A stretch of DNA of 64,000 nucleotides, taken from contig JAPDJW010000019.1 in the NCBI GenBank assembly GCA_029258885.1, positions 12,056 through 76,055 on the forward strand, read 5' to 3'. Below the pieces are notes generated by a model. It made no database searches, was not told the origin of the DNA, and saw nothing but the letters and a program-made list of their open reading frames with translations. The stretch's first letter is position 1, and each line of letters opens with the position of its first letter. The stretch is from Thermoproteota archaeon (lineage in GTDB: Archaea > Thermoproteota > Thermoprotei > Thermofilales > B9-G17). A program made the translations under genes and the position numbers. This document shows positions 36,714 to 46,213 of this stretch, one piece after another.

Positions 36714-37673
36714 CTAGGGCAGTTTTACGTTAACCTTAACGAGGTTTTTCTTACTAAGCTTATATACTATTTTCATTGATTCATCGATTGATAGACCGCT
36801 GTATCTGGATACAAGCTCAACTAGCTCATGAAATCTTATCGATCTACCATCTAATGCTCTACCTATTTTACCTATCTCCTTCAGTACTCTAGTCTCCTCT
36901 TTACTAAGCATTTCGCTAACCACCCTTTTAAGGAAATCCATATACTCTCTTATCTTAGCCCCGTAGCCCACAAGAGATTCGTCCGTATATGGCGCCCTCT
37001 GCTCTATCAAGTCGAGTTTTCTCTCAGTCTCGCTAATCCATTCCTTAATCCTTGTAACTTTCTCCTTATCTTCAAGGACAGCAATTCTATCAGCTATCTG
37101 AGCTAGACTACGTAGAGAACCTAGAGATGATCTAATTTCCCTAATTCTCTTTAGGACTAATGTACGGCAATTCCTAGTCAACATCCTGAGATCATCGCTT
37201 ATAACGGCGGCAGTTGAGAGGGCTTCAGAAACCTCTAAGTTCCCTATCTTAGTTAGGAAGGCATTATATCTACTTAAGGCTTTAAGCGCTTCACTATACA
37301 GGTATTCGTTGAGGTCCTTAGCTAGATTAGCCCAGGCCTCGAGATCTGATGCAAGCTTATCCATGTTATCTAGACCGTTTGAAAGCTTATCCAGGTGATC
37401 GGCATACCTTATTAGCTTCTTAAGGTAGAGCTCCATATCCCTTACGTAGTCCTCGAGGTTTCTAACGAGCGAGCCATCTATCTCGATAGGCTTAAGCTCA
37501 TACTCCCTGACTATCCTCTCGACCATTGGCTTCAAGTTTCCCCTGCTAGAATAGACCTTAACAAGTGTATCAACAAGGTTCTCGATCTGTTTCTTAAGCT
37601 TCTCCGCCCTATTGAGAATATCCGTGAGAGTCTCTAAATCGGCCCTTTTAGTTACAAGCTTACCCGTCGACAC
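36714..37673 (-). CDS. Hypothetical coiled-coil protein with a C-terminal winged-helix-like segment
   Basis: Heptad-rich helical body. C-terminal FHELVELVSRYSGLSIDESMKIVYKLSKKNLVKV. Confidence 0.6.
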   Translation of the reverse strand: MSTGKLVTKRADLETLTDILNRAEKLKKQIENLVDTLVKVYSSRGNLKPMVERIVREYELKPIEIDGSLVRNLEDYVRDMELYLKKLIRYADHLDKLSNGLDNMDKLASDLEAWANLAKDLNEYLYSEALKALSRYNAFLTKIGNLEVSEALSTAAVISDDLRMLTRNCRTLVLKRIREIRSSLGSLRSLAQIADRIAVLEDKEKVTRIKEWISETERKLDLIEQRAPYTDESLVGYGAKIREYMDFLKRVVSEMLSKEETRVLKEIGKIGRALDGRSIRFHELVELVSRYSGLSIDESMKIVYKLSKKNLVKVNVKLP

Positions 37674-37757
37674 GTATCATATACTCCTAGGCTTAAATTA
37701 AATAAACGTTTAAAATAGCAATCGTTCAACTATTAATGTTCAATTAATGTATCATAT

Positions 37758-38150
37758 TCAAACTCTGCTGTTGAATAGTTTTAAGCCGTAGCTCTTAAGC
37801 CTCTGAAAATGCTTTAAATTATTAGTCCACAGCATTGCCTCCCTAACTATGGCCGTAGAAGCAATCATTAAATCCCTAGCATCTATAGGCTCACCTCTCT
37901 TCATTAATTCTGCCTCAATTTCAGCGGATTTATCAGCTATCTCCCTAGTAATTGGAAGTACCTCAATATAGTTTAGGATTAACGGTTTCAGATATGTACG
38001 CCCAGTCCTGTAGACACCAACCATGAACTCGAAGAATACTACGGCGGAGATCTTGAAGTCATAGCGCTCCATGAGGCTAATGATCTCGTTTAATGGCTTC
38101 CTCTCTATTAAATCAATGAGTACATCAGTATCTAAGTGAACCTCGACCAT
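37758..38150 (-). CDS. vapC: VapC PIN-domain toxin
   Basis: HLDTDVLID, FEFMVG, GEPIDARDLMIASTA, LWTNNLKHF. Confidence 0.92.
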   Translation of the reverse strand: MVEVHLDTDVLIDLIERKPLNEIISLMERYDFKISAVVFFEFMVGVYRTGRTYLKPLILNYIEVLPITREIADKSAEIEAELMKRGEPIDARDLMIASTAIVREAMLWTNNLKHFQRLKSYGLKLFNSRV

Positions 38151-38383
38151 TTAAGCCCCCTTACCTCCTCGATAGCCCTTCTAAGTTCCTCTAGGCCGCC
38201 CTTTCTACGTATCTCCCTAACCTCTTCGGCGAATCCCAGGGCTCTCATCCGCCTCCAGTACTGGATAAGCCTGCTTATAGCATCCCCTAGACTCTTAGCG
38301 TTAAGTTCGCACTTAACTTTCTCAAGCTCCTCAACTATCTCCCTACGTAGGGTAATTGTAGTATATCTGCCCAACCCCATCAC
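38132..38383 (-). CDS. vapB: VapB-type (RHH) antitoxin
   Basis: YTTITLRREIVEELEKVK...SLGDAISRLI. Overlaps the vapC start. Confidence 0.8.
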   Translation of the reverse strand: MMGLGRYTTITLRREIVEELEKVKCELNAKSLGDAISRLIQYWRRMRALGFAEEVREIRRKGGLEELRRAIEEVRGLKWSRFT

Positions 38384-38493
38384 TCGTATATTTATATATT
38401 TATAAATTTATAAATTTATCCATTAAATCCTGTTGCTCCGGCATCGAGAAGTATCCTTTTCCGAAGTTCAGCTTACATTAGCAGGTTGTAATA

Positions 38494-40371
38494 ATGCTTT
38501 TATATGTGGAGAGACTGAATATCCTAGTTGTAAATCGTGGTGGTTCAATGGATTCTCAAAAGATTGTTGAGGAGTTTCGTGTAGACTATAAGTCCCTACT
38601 CGACGCCCCTCCTGAGAAGTTTGAGGAGATAGCTAGGCAGATAAGGCCTAAGCTAATGCCTAAACCCGGGGTAGACTTCAACGTATACCTCACCGAAACC
38701 CCCGAGCTTAAGGAAGGGGAGGAGCTGGTAACGTGGACTTTAAGCCTATGCCCCTACTGTAGGTCCCTGCTTAAGGCCGTAGTATTTAAACGCGACGGTA
38801 AGGTTTGGATTAGGAAGAGGTGCCCCGAGCACGGGGAGATTGAGGAGGTCTACTGGGGGAACGCCGAGCTTTACGAGAGGTTTAGAGAGTGGCAGTACGA
38901 TGGAAGAGGTATCTCAAACCCGCACCTGGATATAGTCTTCCCCTGCCCCTTCAACTGTGGATTATGTTCGAGGCATAAGTCCCATCCGGGGCTGGTGAAC
39001 CTTGTAGCTACCAATAGATGTGATTTAAGCTGCTGGTACTGCTTCTTCTACGCCAGGAAGGCTGGATACGTGTATGAACCTACTCTAAACCACATCAGAT
39101 ATATGTTGCGGCAGGTTAGGAAGCTTAAGCCATATCCGGCGATAGCCCTCCAGATAACAGGCGGGGAACCGCTCCTAAGGGACGATATAGTTGAGATAGT
39201 TAAGATCGCTAAGGAGGAGGGATTCACGCACGTTCAGGTGAATACTACGGGAATTAAGTTAGCCTATGAGCCGGAGCTTGCAGTAAAGCTACGTGAAGCT
39301 GGCACGAACGTTTTATACATGAGCTTCGACGGTGTATCGCCGTATACTAACCCTAAGAATCACTGGGAGGTCCCCTACATCCTTGAGAGCCTGAGGAAGG
39401 CTAAGCTGGGAGTAGTGCTTGTACCCACCTTGATCAATGGAGTAAATACACGTGAACTAGGCGCCATGATAAAGTTCGGGCTTAAACACGTCGATATAGT
39501 TAGGGGCGTTAACATGCAGCCAATATCGCTTGTCGGCAGAGTGCCTAGGGAAGAGAGGCTTAAACTTAGAATAACTATCCCCGATGCTATAATAGAGATT
39601 GAGAAGCAGACCGACGGCCAGATATCCAGGTACGATTGGTATCCCGTCCCCTCGGTTACGCCGATATCCCACTTTATTGAGGCTATCACTGGTAAGCCTA
39701 AGATAGAGCTAACGACGCACTTCGCGTGCGGTGCGGCAACCTACGTCTTTAAGGAGGATAACGAGATAATACCCATAACTAGGTTCGTTGACGTCGGCGG
39801 ATTTTTGAGATATCTCGAGGAGAAGGCTCAGGAGATAAATAGAGGCAGAAGTAAGTACATAGTTCTTCTAGAGACCCTAATTAAGCTGAGGAAGTTCGTC
39901 GACCTAAGCAAGGCTCCACGTAGGCTCAGAGAGAAGGGTAGACTCCTAAAGCACCTATACAGGATATTTATTAAACACGACTACCGGTCGCTGGGCGAAT
40001 TCCACTATGATGCACTATTCCTGGGAATGATGCACTTCCAGGATCTCTTCAATCACGACTTGGCGAGAGTTCAGAGGTGCGACGTACACTATGTCATGCC
40101 TGATGGAAGGGAGGTGCCGTTCTGCACATTCAACGTAATACCCGAGATATATAGGGATAGGGCTCAGAAAGCCTTCTCCTTTACGATAAGGGAATGGGAA
40201 GAGCTTACCGGTAGGAGATTAATCAGCTATAAGTATAAACGCAATATAAAGAAGCTGATAAGCAATGAGATCTACAGGAAGGCATACGAGGGGATATTCG
40301 ACGTCGACTCGGTAAGCTATGAGGAGCAGGTGAAGCTCTCCAAGAGGTTCGGAATACCCGTGGTAGAATAG
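38494..40371 (+). CDS. tes: Tetraether lipid synthase (radical SAM, Tes/MJ0619 family); start probably the ATG near 38548
   Basis: SLCPYC...KRCPEHG, CPFNCGLCSRH, TNRCDLSCWYCF (CxxxCxxC), ITGGEP, RCDVHY..PDGR.VPFCTFN. Confidence 0.9.
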   Translation: MLLYVERLNILVVNRGGSMDSQKIVEEFRVDYKSLLDAPPEKFEEIARQIRPKLMPKPGVDFNVYLTETPELKEGEELVTWTLSLCPYCRSLLKAVVFKRDGKVWIRKRCPEHGEIEEVYWGNAELYERFREWQYDGRGISNPHLDIVFPCPFNCGLCSRHKSHPGLVNLVATNRCDLSCWYCFFYARKAGYVYEPTLNHIRYMLRQVRKLKPYPAIALQITGGEPLLRDDIVEIVKIAKEEGFTHVQVNTTGIKLAYEPELAVKLREAGTNVLYMSFDGVSPYTNPKNHWEVPYILESLRKAKLGVVLVPTLINGVNTRELGAMIKFGLKHVDIVRGVNMQPISLVGRVPREERLKLRITIPDAIIEIEKQTDGQISRYDWYPVPSVTPISHFIEAITGKPKIELTTHFACGAATYVFKEDNEIIPITRFVDVGGFLRYLEEKAQEINRGRSKYIVLLETLIKLRKFVDLSKAPRRLREKGRLLKHLYRIFIKHDYRSLGEFHYDALFLGMMHFQDLFNHDLARVQRCDVHYVMPDGREVPFCTFNVIPEIYRDRAQKAFSFTIREWEELTGRRLISYKYKRNIKKLISNEIYRKAYEGIFDVDSVSYEEQVKLSKRFGIPVVE

Positions 40372-40389
40372 CCCCATAGGGGTGTTTGG

Positions 40390-40854
40390 ATGAAGATAAA
40401 GTCGTACGACTTCAAGCTGAAGCTATACGATCCAAAGAATATGGATATCGACGTTAAGACGTTAGTCTACAGCGTTGTCGACGATGAGATCAGCGAGATA
40501 AAGGGGAGCGACGAGCCGATAACGCTTGACGACTTCATCGATTTTGACCGAGAATTCAGCAATAATATTTTAATAACCTTCACCGACGCGATACATGGAG
40601 AATTTAAGGGAGTAAGGAAGATACATGTTGTAGAGGGTAAGCCAAGGTTCATACTGAAAGTCTACCTAATACGGTTAAACGGGGAGAAGCATAGGCTGTA
40701 CAGGGTACTTCGCATTAAAGACAGCGGTTTGGAGGATGTATACATGGATAGGTTATACGAGCCTAAACCCGAGAAAACTAGAATCGAAAATGTATCTAAA
40801 ATTATAGGATTGCCGCCCAGTAAGCTACCATTTAGCCTCGGAAGTAAGAGCTAG
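40390..40854 (+). CDS. Hypothetical protein immediately downstream of tes
   Basis: 154-aa ORF, 18 bp after tes, with a GGGGTG SD-like site. Confidence 0.6.
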   Translation: MKIKSYDFKLKLYDPKNMDIDVKTLVYSVVDDEISEIKGSDEPITLDDFIDFDREFSNNILITFTDAIHGEFKGVRKIHVVEGKPRFILKVYLIRLNGEKHRLYRVLRIKDSGLEDVYMDRLYEPKPEKTRIENVSKIIGLPPSKLPFSLGSKS

Positions 40855-41652
40855 ATCCTCAATTCCAGCTAGATATATTTTTCTTTCAAGCTCGCTGCTT
40901 TCAACCAATGCCCGTGCATAGACTCTACCGAACTCCGTCAGCTCTATCCTCCTATGCCTCCCCCTATGGAGCTTATAGACGAGCCCCTTCCTAGTTAGGG
41001 AGTCGATTAGCCTGCTAAACCTGTTCTTAGCTGCAGCATTATACCTGGGGTTAGGCACGCCGCACCACCTCATCAACTGTATTATCGAGTTAGCCTTACC
41101 GCCCTTCTCGTAGAGTATCCGGATAATCTTCTCGGACTCCTCATCCTCGAACAACCTAACCGCACGACCCGGCAGGTCGATTATCTGAGGCTTTAATCCA
41201 CGCTTATTATCCTTACTTCTAATCCAGTCCTCGAAGGTAGGTGTATTAGGGGCTGGAATGAAATCACCCCTCTTATCGGTCGGGACTATGTAGACCTTAA
41301 TGCTGGGAAACATGAGTGCAAGCATAGTTATGGCGGAGACGGCCTCCGGAGGCATATCAGTTATATCTATAAAGACATCCTTCTTCTCGCTACATTCCCT
41401 CCTTAATATAGCATAAACCTTCGAGAAAACGCTTTCAAAAGACTGCGGATTAACATCAATCATTATAGGTTTAAAGAACTGGAGTATCTGGCGAAGCTTC
41501 TCAGCGTTCCTCCTGGAGACGGCGCCGTATCTATCCCTCTTACCATCGTAAAGTATGTATATCCTCTCGACGGGGAATTGGCGTCTCAAATAGTCAAATC
41601 CATCCAACGCTAGCGTTGGGTGAAATCCAACGTAGTTCACTATGACGGCCAT
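40825..41652 (-). CDS. CARF-like (Csa3/DUF6293-type) domain plus wHTH transcriptional regulator
   Basis: N-terminal Rossmann-like VNYVGFHP...VERIYILYD...VFIDITDMP. C-terminal wHTH RFSRLIDSLTRKGLV...IELTEFGRVY. Confidence 0.7.
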   Translation of the reverse strand: MAVIVNYVGFHPTLALDGFDYLRRQFPVERIYILYDGKRDRYGAVSRRNAEKLRQILQFFKPIMIDVNPQSFESVFSKVYAILRRECSEKKDVFIDITDMPPEAVSAITMLALMFPSIKVYIVPTDKRGDFIPAPNTPTFEDWIRSKDNKRGLKPQIIDLPGRAVRLFEDEESEKIIRILYEKGGKANSIIQLMRWCGVPNPRYNAAAKNRFSRLIDSLTRKGLVYKLHRGRHRRIELTEFGRVYARALVESSELERKIYLAGIEDLALTSEAKW

Positions 41653-41875
41653 TCCACATCAGCGATAACATCGTATATATTACGATATTATTCTGGTCAA
41701 TATAATATATATAGTTTATGTATAATAACGAAGATTAACAGACAGTATCTATTTTGTGATACCATTAGCCTCAACCTCAGTATCATAAAATAGATACCAT
41801 CAGCTTAAACGGATATAATCGCATTTTTATTTTATACATCTTTAATCTTGATATTAAAGGAATTTTTATATTATT

Positions 41876-42925
41876 TTGATAAATATTTATTTTAGCCCAG
41901 TGATACGCATGCTATCGTATAAGGAGCTTGGAGTATCATTAACCGACCTGAGAATGGTCTTAGATAGGCTTAGAAGAATCTACGAGTATAGGTCTAAGGT
42001 TATAGAGTTTACGATAACAGGCGAACCTATAGTATCCCCTTATCCAGTCCTCAAGGTGTGCGGTAGAGTAGTTAGGGGATATACCATAAGTGAATCTAGG
42101 CTAAGGTCTATTGAACCAATACCCCACAGGAAGAGGGTTTTAACCGCCGATGCATCGATGAAGACTCTATTTGACCTCGGAAACATGAAGATCGTGGTTG
42201 CAAAGGTCGCTCTTGGGGTATGGAGGGGTGTCTCGAGAATATATACCTCTCAGCCTCTTAGGAGGCTTGCTATAGTATCCACTAGACAGGAGGCAGCTGA
42301 GTGGCTACTTAGGATAGAGCTTGAAGCGATAATGGGTAATATGCATAGGATAGGGGTTAACGACTACTGTATTCTGGATAGGGGTTTGATGGCCGTACCA
42401 GCCTTTAGGAGTTCCACTAGAATGCTCTTTGAGAAGCTTGATGTAATGGCATATCGACGTGGGGCGATCCTAGTTGGGATCTCTAAGTCGAGCCAGATAT
42501 CGCTCAACACGGGGGAGAGTTTGATAGGATATCTCATAAGGTTTGCGTCCAAGCGGCTGCCGTATACTCCATGGTACTATTACCCGGTGTTTAGGTCAAG
42601 CAATATGCCTCCATGGTATATTGGGGAAATCTCTGTGGCTAAGTTCGACGGCTGGTCTGAGAATGCCTTTAGAGTCGATATCTCGAAGAACTCCCTTAAA
42701 TCAAGGTATGTCAAGACGATTATGGGCGAGATCGCCTATATGCAGGATCCCGGTACTCCCGGCTATCCCTATCCGGTTAAGGGGGTGCATAGGGAGTCTA
42801 AGATTAGCAGGGATGAGCTTGAGGTATTGAGGATGTCGTTTCTAGAGGTTCTTAGGGAGGAGAAGCTCTACGATAAATTCACATCCGATCTGGGTACGGC
42901 GAGCTTCAGGGAGAAGTATCTCTAG
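41876..42925 (+). CDS. nurA: NurA-family 5'-3' nuclease (divergent active-site motifs)
   Basis: VLTADAS, CILDRGL, VGISKSS, GYPYPVKGVHRESKI. Abuts herA. Confidence 0.8.
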   Translation: MINIYFSPVIRMLSYKELGVSLTDLRMVLDRLRRIYEYRSKVIEFTITGEPIVSPYPVLKVCGRVVRGYTISESRLRSIEPIPHRKRVLTADASMKTLFDLGNMKIVVAKVALGVWRGVSRIYTSQPLRRLAIVSTRQEAAEWLLRIELEAIMGNMHRIGVNDYCILDRGLMAVPAFRSSTRMLFEKLDVMAYRRGAILVGISKSSQISLNTGESLIGYLIRFASKRLPYTPWYYYPVFRSSNMPPWYIGEISVAKFDGWSENAFRVDISKNSLKSRYVKTIMGEIAYMQDPGTPGYPYPVKGVHRESKISRDELEVLRMSFLEVLREEKLYDKFTSDLGTASFREKYL

Positions 42926-44551
42926 GTGGTGTTTATGGAGATAGGAGTTGTAGTTTGGGCTGAGGGCTTAACCGTTAAATTCCGGATTAAAAGCGGAGTG
43001 TTCGTTGAGAGAGGGGAGCTGGTAAAGGTCGTAGATAGGAACGTCAAGTTCATACTTAGGGTATACGATTTCAAGCCAGAATCATTGTTGACTCCGGCTG
43101 AGATAGCTAGGCTCAGCGAGAAGAGGGAGAGGGGCGAGGAGATAGTCCTCTACGATAGAAACATCAGGCTATATGACACCGCAATCGCCACCATAGTTGC
43201 CCAGGTCGATGAGGATGGGGTAGTCAGGGGACCTACTAGTGTTCCAGCCCTCTTCACTCAAGTGGAGAGCCTTGAGGCAAAGGATCTAGCTCAATTAAAC
43301 CTCGATACAGGCGACCTTCCACTGGGCTACGTTAGGGTTGGACACAGGGCGTCAAACAAGATAGTCTCGCTTAACGGCAGAAAGGTTATACCCCACCATA
43401 TACTTGTCTCGGGAGTTACTGGCGCTGGTAAAAGCAACCTCGGCAGGGTTCTAGCTGCGGCAATAATGATGGCTGAGGAGCCGATATATAGCCTCGTCCT
43501 ATTCGACTGTGAAAGCGAATATTTCTCAGGGCCTACACCCGATTCAATGGGTTTAGCGCACCTGCCAGAGGCTGAGGATAGGTTATTCTACGTTACAGGC
43601 AAGGTTGTTAGGCCTTCTAAAATTGAGTTTAAGTTCGAGTTCGAGGGGGAGGAGAGGATACATAGGATTCTAGCTCACCCGCTTGAGGTAGCCTACTCCG
43701 ACCTGAGTCCAGCGGACTTCTCGATGACCGGCGAGTTCAGCGGGCCTCAGGAGGAGCTTCTCTGGCTTGCTAGGAGGGTTATGAAGGAGGATTGGCTCAG
43801 CTTCCTCCTTAACACATCTGCTGAGGGAATATATAGGAGGCTTAGGGGGCTTGCCCATAAAAACACGATCAATACCGTTAAGAGGAAGCTTAGGTACCTG
43901 CTGGGAGATGGGGATATATTCAGGGAGTTCTGCGATACCTCCCTCTTTCACGCCGTTTTAAATGCTGTTGGAATGGGTAAGGTGGTCTTAATAGATATAC
44001 CTCATGCCACCGAGGGTGAGGAGAAGCTGTTGTCGGTTGCCGTTACTAGAAGAATATTTAAGACCTATGAGGAGCTTAGAAAGGTATCTCCAAGCGACTG
44101 GGAGAAGCTACCATATACTCTAATCACGGTAGAGGAGGCTCACAGGTATCTCTCCAAGACCAGCCTAACAAGCGGCGGTGAGGTAAGGGAGAATATCTTC
44201 TCAATTATAAGTAAGAGAGGCAGGAAGTATAAGGTTGGGGCACTCTACATAACTCAGATGCCCGGAGAACTAATAGAGCCCGTGGTCAGACAGACATTAA
44301 CAAAAATAATATTGCCTCTGCCAACGAAACCCGACTACACTAAGATAATTCAATACAGCCCCTTCCTCGACGAGGCTGAACAGGAAATTAAGACTCTGGA
44401 TAGGGGTGAGGCTTTGATAGTATCGCCTATCTCTGGGCTTAGGTTCGCAGTCCCCGTAAGGATATTTAAGTTCGAGGATATCGCGGTTAAAAGGCTTAGA
44501 GGCGAAAGACTAGCATATAGGAGAAGCATAAGGATAACATCCATAAATTAA
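42926..44551 (+). CDS. herA: HerA/FtsK-family ATPase with an N-terminal HAS barrel
   Basis: HHILVSGVTGAGKSN (Walker A), VEEAHRYL (Walker B), SKRGRKYKVG...ITQMP. Confidence 0.9.
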   Translation: MVFMEIGVVVWAEGLTVKFRIKSGVFVERGELVKVVDRNVKFILRVYDFKPESLLTPAEIARLSEKRERGEEIVLYDRNIRLYDTAIATIVAQVDEDGVVRGPTSVPALFTQVESLEAKDLAQLNLDTGDLPLGYVRVGHRASNKIVSLNGRKVIPHHILVSGVTGAGKSNLGRVLAAAIMMAEEPIYSLVLFDCESEYFSGPTPDSMGLAHLPEAEDRLFYVTGKVVRPSKIEFKFEFEGEERIHRILAHPLEVAYSDLSPADFSMTGEFSGPQEELLWLARRVMKEDWLSFLLNTSAEGIYRRLRGLAHKNTINTVKRKLRYLLGDGDIFREFCDTSLFHAVLNAVGMGKVVLIDIPHATEGEEKLLSVAVTRRIFKTYEELRKVSPSDWEKLPYTLITVEEAHRYLSKTSLTSGGEVRENIFSIISKRGRKYKVGALYITQMPGELIEPVVRQTLTKIILPLPTKPDYTKIIQYSPFLDEAEQEIKTLDRGEALIVSPISGLRFAVPVRIFKFEDIAVKRLRGERLAYRRSIRITSIN

Positions 44552-44583
44552 AGCTTATATTTGACTGTAGAGAACACTTATCT

Positions 44584-45285
44584 ATGCAATTAAAGTTATC
44601 TAAAGGCGACATCTACGTACTAATAGGCTACGCGATAAGCCTTCTACTTGCTGCATCCCTTTACCTACCTTGGGTACATATAGCGGTATCTCAAGACTAT
44701 ATAATAAACGTCTATGGGGGCGATCTCGCTAAAAGATATTTTGTAGTGTACCTCGTGCTGGCTCCAGTACTTATAGTATCAATACTGCCCATATTCAAGG
44801 ATAAACCTGATTCTAAATCCGTATACGTGCTAATACCTCTAATCTCAGCCGTAATACCTGGGCTCGTATATCTCTACATACTTAACATAGCTGGCGATCT
44901 AGGGAACTTGACTGTAGTTCCCTTGCCAGCCAATGCCATTCTCTCAGGCTTTGGGATAGGACTAAACCTCCTGCTCGCGTCGTCCGCTGCATTCGTGGCC
45001 TCCTCGATTCTAGCGGCCGTATTCTATAAGCCGCCTATAGTGGAGGTGAAGATTAAAGAAGTAAAGAAGAAAGTTGAGGAGAAGAAGGAAAAGAAGACAG
45101 TTACAGCAGTGCCTAGGGTTAAAGTTCTAAATAGGGAGAAAAAGCTTGTTTTAAGAAAGCTTAAAAAGCTTGAACAAATGAAGAAGAGTGGGGAGATAGA
45201 TAAGAAGACCTACAAGAAGCTTAAGGCTAAGTATAAGGCTAGACTAGTTAAAATAGAGGAGGAGCTGAGGAAGTTATCTACTTAA
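44584..45285 (+). CDS. Membrane protein (about 4 TM) with a basic C-terminal SHOCT-like/coiled-coil tail
   Basis: Hydrophobic N-terminal half. LKKLEQMKKSGEIDKKTYKKLKAKY. Confidence 0.65.
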   Translation: MQLKLSKGDIYVLIGYAISLLLAASLYLPWVHIAVSQDYIINVYGGDLAKRYFVVYLVLAPVLIVSILPIFKDKPDSKSVYVLIPLISAVIPGLVYLYILNIAGDLGNLTVVPLPANAILSGFGIGLNLLLASSAAFVASSILAAVFYKPPIVEVKIKEVKKKVEEKKEKKTVTAVPRVKVLNREKKLVLRKLKKLEQMKKSGEIDKKTYKKLKAKYKARLVKIEEELRKLST

Positions 45286-45607
45286 GCTCCTTTACGGGTT
45301 TTATCATAAGGTAGCTTATGAGTATCATTACTATAGCTATAAGGATGCCTATAATCACCAGTATTGGCCATGCTGTGCCCCAGCCTCCTATTATCGGTAT
45401 AGGACCTATAAATATCACGACAGCGCCTGAGCTTTCTCCTCCACTGAATATGGAGGCTATTATTAGGAGTATAATGCCTATAAATGATATCAGTATACCG
45501 GCTAGGAAAAGCTTAACTCCTAGAGTTTCATCCATCAGCACCACCACGTAATGATCATTAGCGCTAGAAATAACAATATTACAGATATCGTAAATATTAA
45601 TGCCCAC
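45278..45607 (-). CDS. DUF131 family membrane protein; true start probably about 45532
   Basis: GAVVIFIGPIPIIGG. Confidence 0.75.
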   Translation of the reverse strand: MGINIYDICNIVISSANDHYVVVLMDETLGVKLFLAGILISFIGIILLIIASIFSGGESSGAVVIFIGPIPIIGGWGTAWPILVIIGILIAIVMILISYLMIKPVKELK

Positions 45608-45786
45608 TTAACTACTTCCTTATCCGTCCCAAGTATTATCGGTATAGGCCCTATTAGAATTACTCCGCCAGCCTTAACCTCGCCCTCAGCCCTACCCTTA
45701 ATGCCTGAAATTATAGTTATAATTATGCCTATTAAAGCTAGGAGGAAACCCATTAGTATTAGCAATAGACCTATCGTCCAGAGCAT
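45535..45786 (-). CDS. DUF131/TIGR00304 family membrane protein
   Basis: VKAGGVILIGPIPIILGTDK. Confidence 0.85.
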   Translation of the reverse strand: MLWTIGLLLILMGFLLALIGIIITIISGIKGRAEGEVKAGGVILIGPIPIILGTDKEVVKWALIFTISVILLFLALMIITWWC

Positions 45787-45803
45787 GTTCTCAACTTGTA
45801 TAG

Positions 45804-46130
45804 CTAGGTTGGATATGGAGGCGGAGCGTATGCTGTTGATTTCCTCATTTCATCAACTGCCTCGTCGACTATAAACTTTACGTAGGTTGCAATAACTCCT
45901 AGTGTCATTATTATTCCGCCAATAAGACCGGTTATCGAGAGGAGGACCATAAAGCCGCCGAGCATATCTAATACCTCGCTTGGTTGGGCACCGCTTTGGA
46001 TAGCGCCCATTACCATTCCAATACTGCCTATGACCGGTAGAACTATTATAATTGAGCCTAGTATGACCCAGAGCAGCGATACAACAAGTATTTTTAATGC
46101 TACTATGAAGCTTCTACCCCAGGATACCAT
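45804..46130 (-). CDS. Small membrane protein with a Pro-rich C-terminus
   Basis: 2-3 hydrophobic segments, ends APPPYPT. Confidence 0.6.
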   Translation of the reverse strand: MVSWGRSFIVALKILVVSLLWVILGSIIIVLPVIGSIGMVMGAIQSGAQPSEVLDMLGGFMVLLSITGLIGGIIMTLGVIATYVKFIVDEAVDEMRKSTAYAPPPYPT

Positions 46131-46213
46131 TACATCACCGTATATTCTATAGATAGAAACTCCTTTTATAAATTAGCATTACTTAAAAGCATGAGAACAT
46201 AACTATTATATCG

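Noticed and set aside
36714-37673. Rad50 or SMC partner for nurA-herA
   Set aside because: No Walker A or ABC signature, too short, and 4 kb away on the other side of tes.
38385-38420. AT-rich palindromic TTTATAAA repeats between vapB and tes
   Set aside because: Explained by overlapping divergent TATA boxes in low-complexity AT sequence, and not distinctive enough to call an operator.
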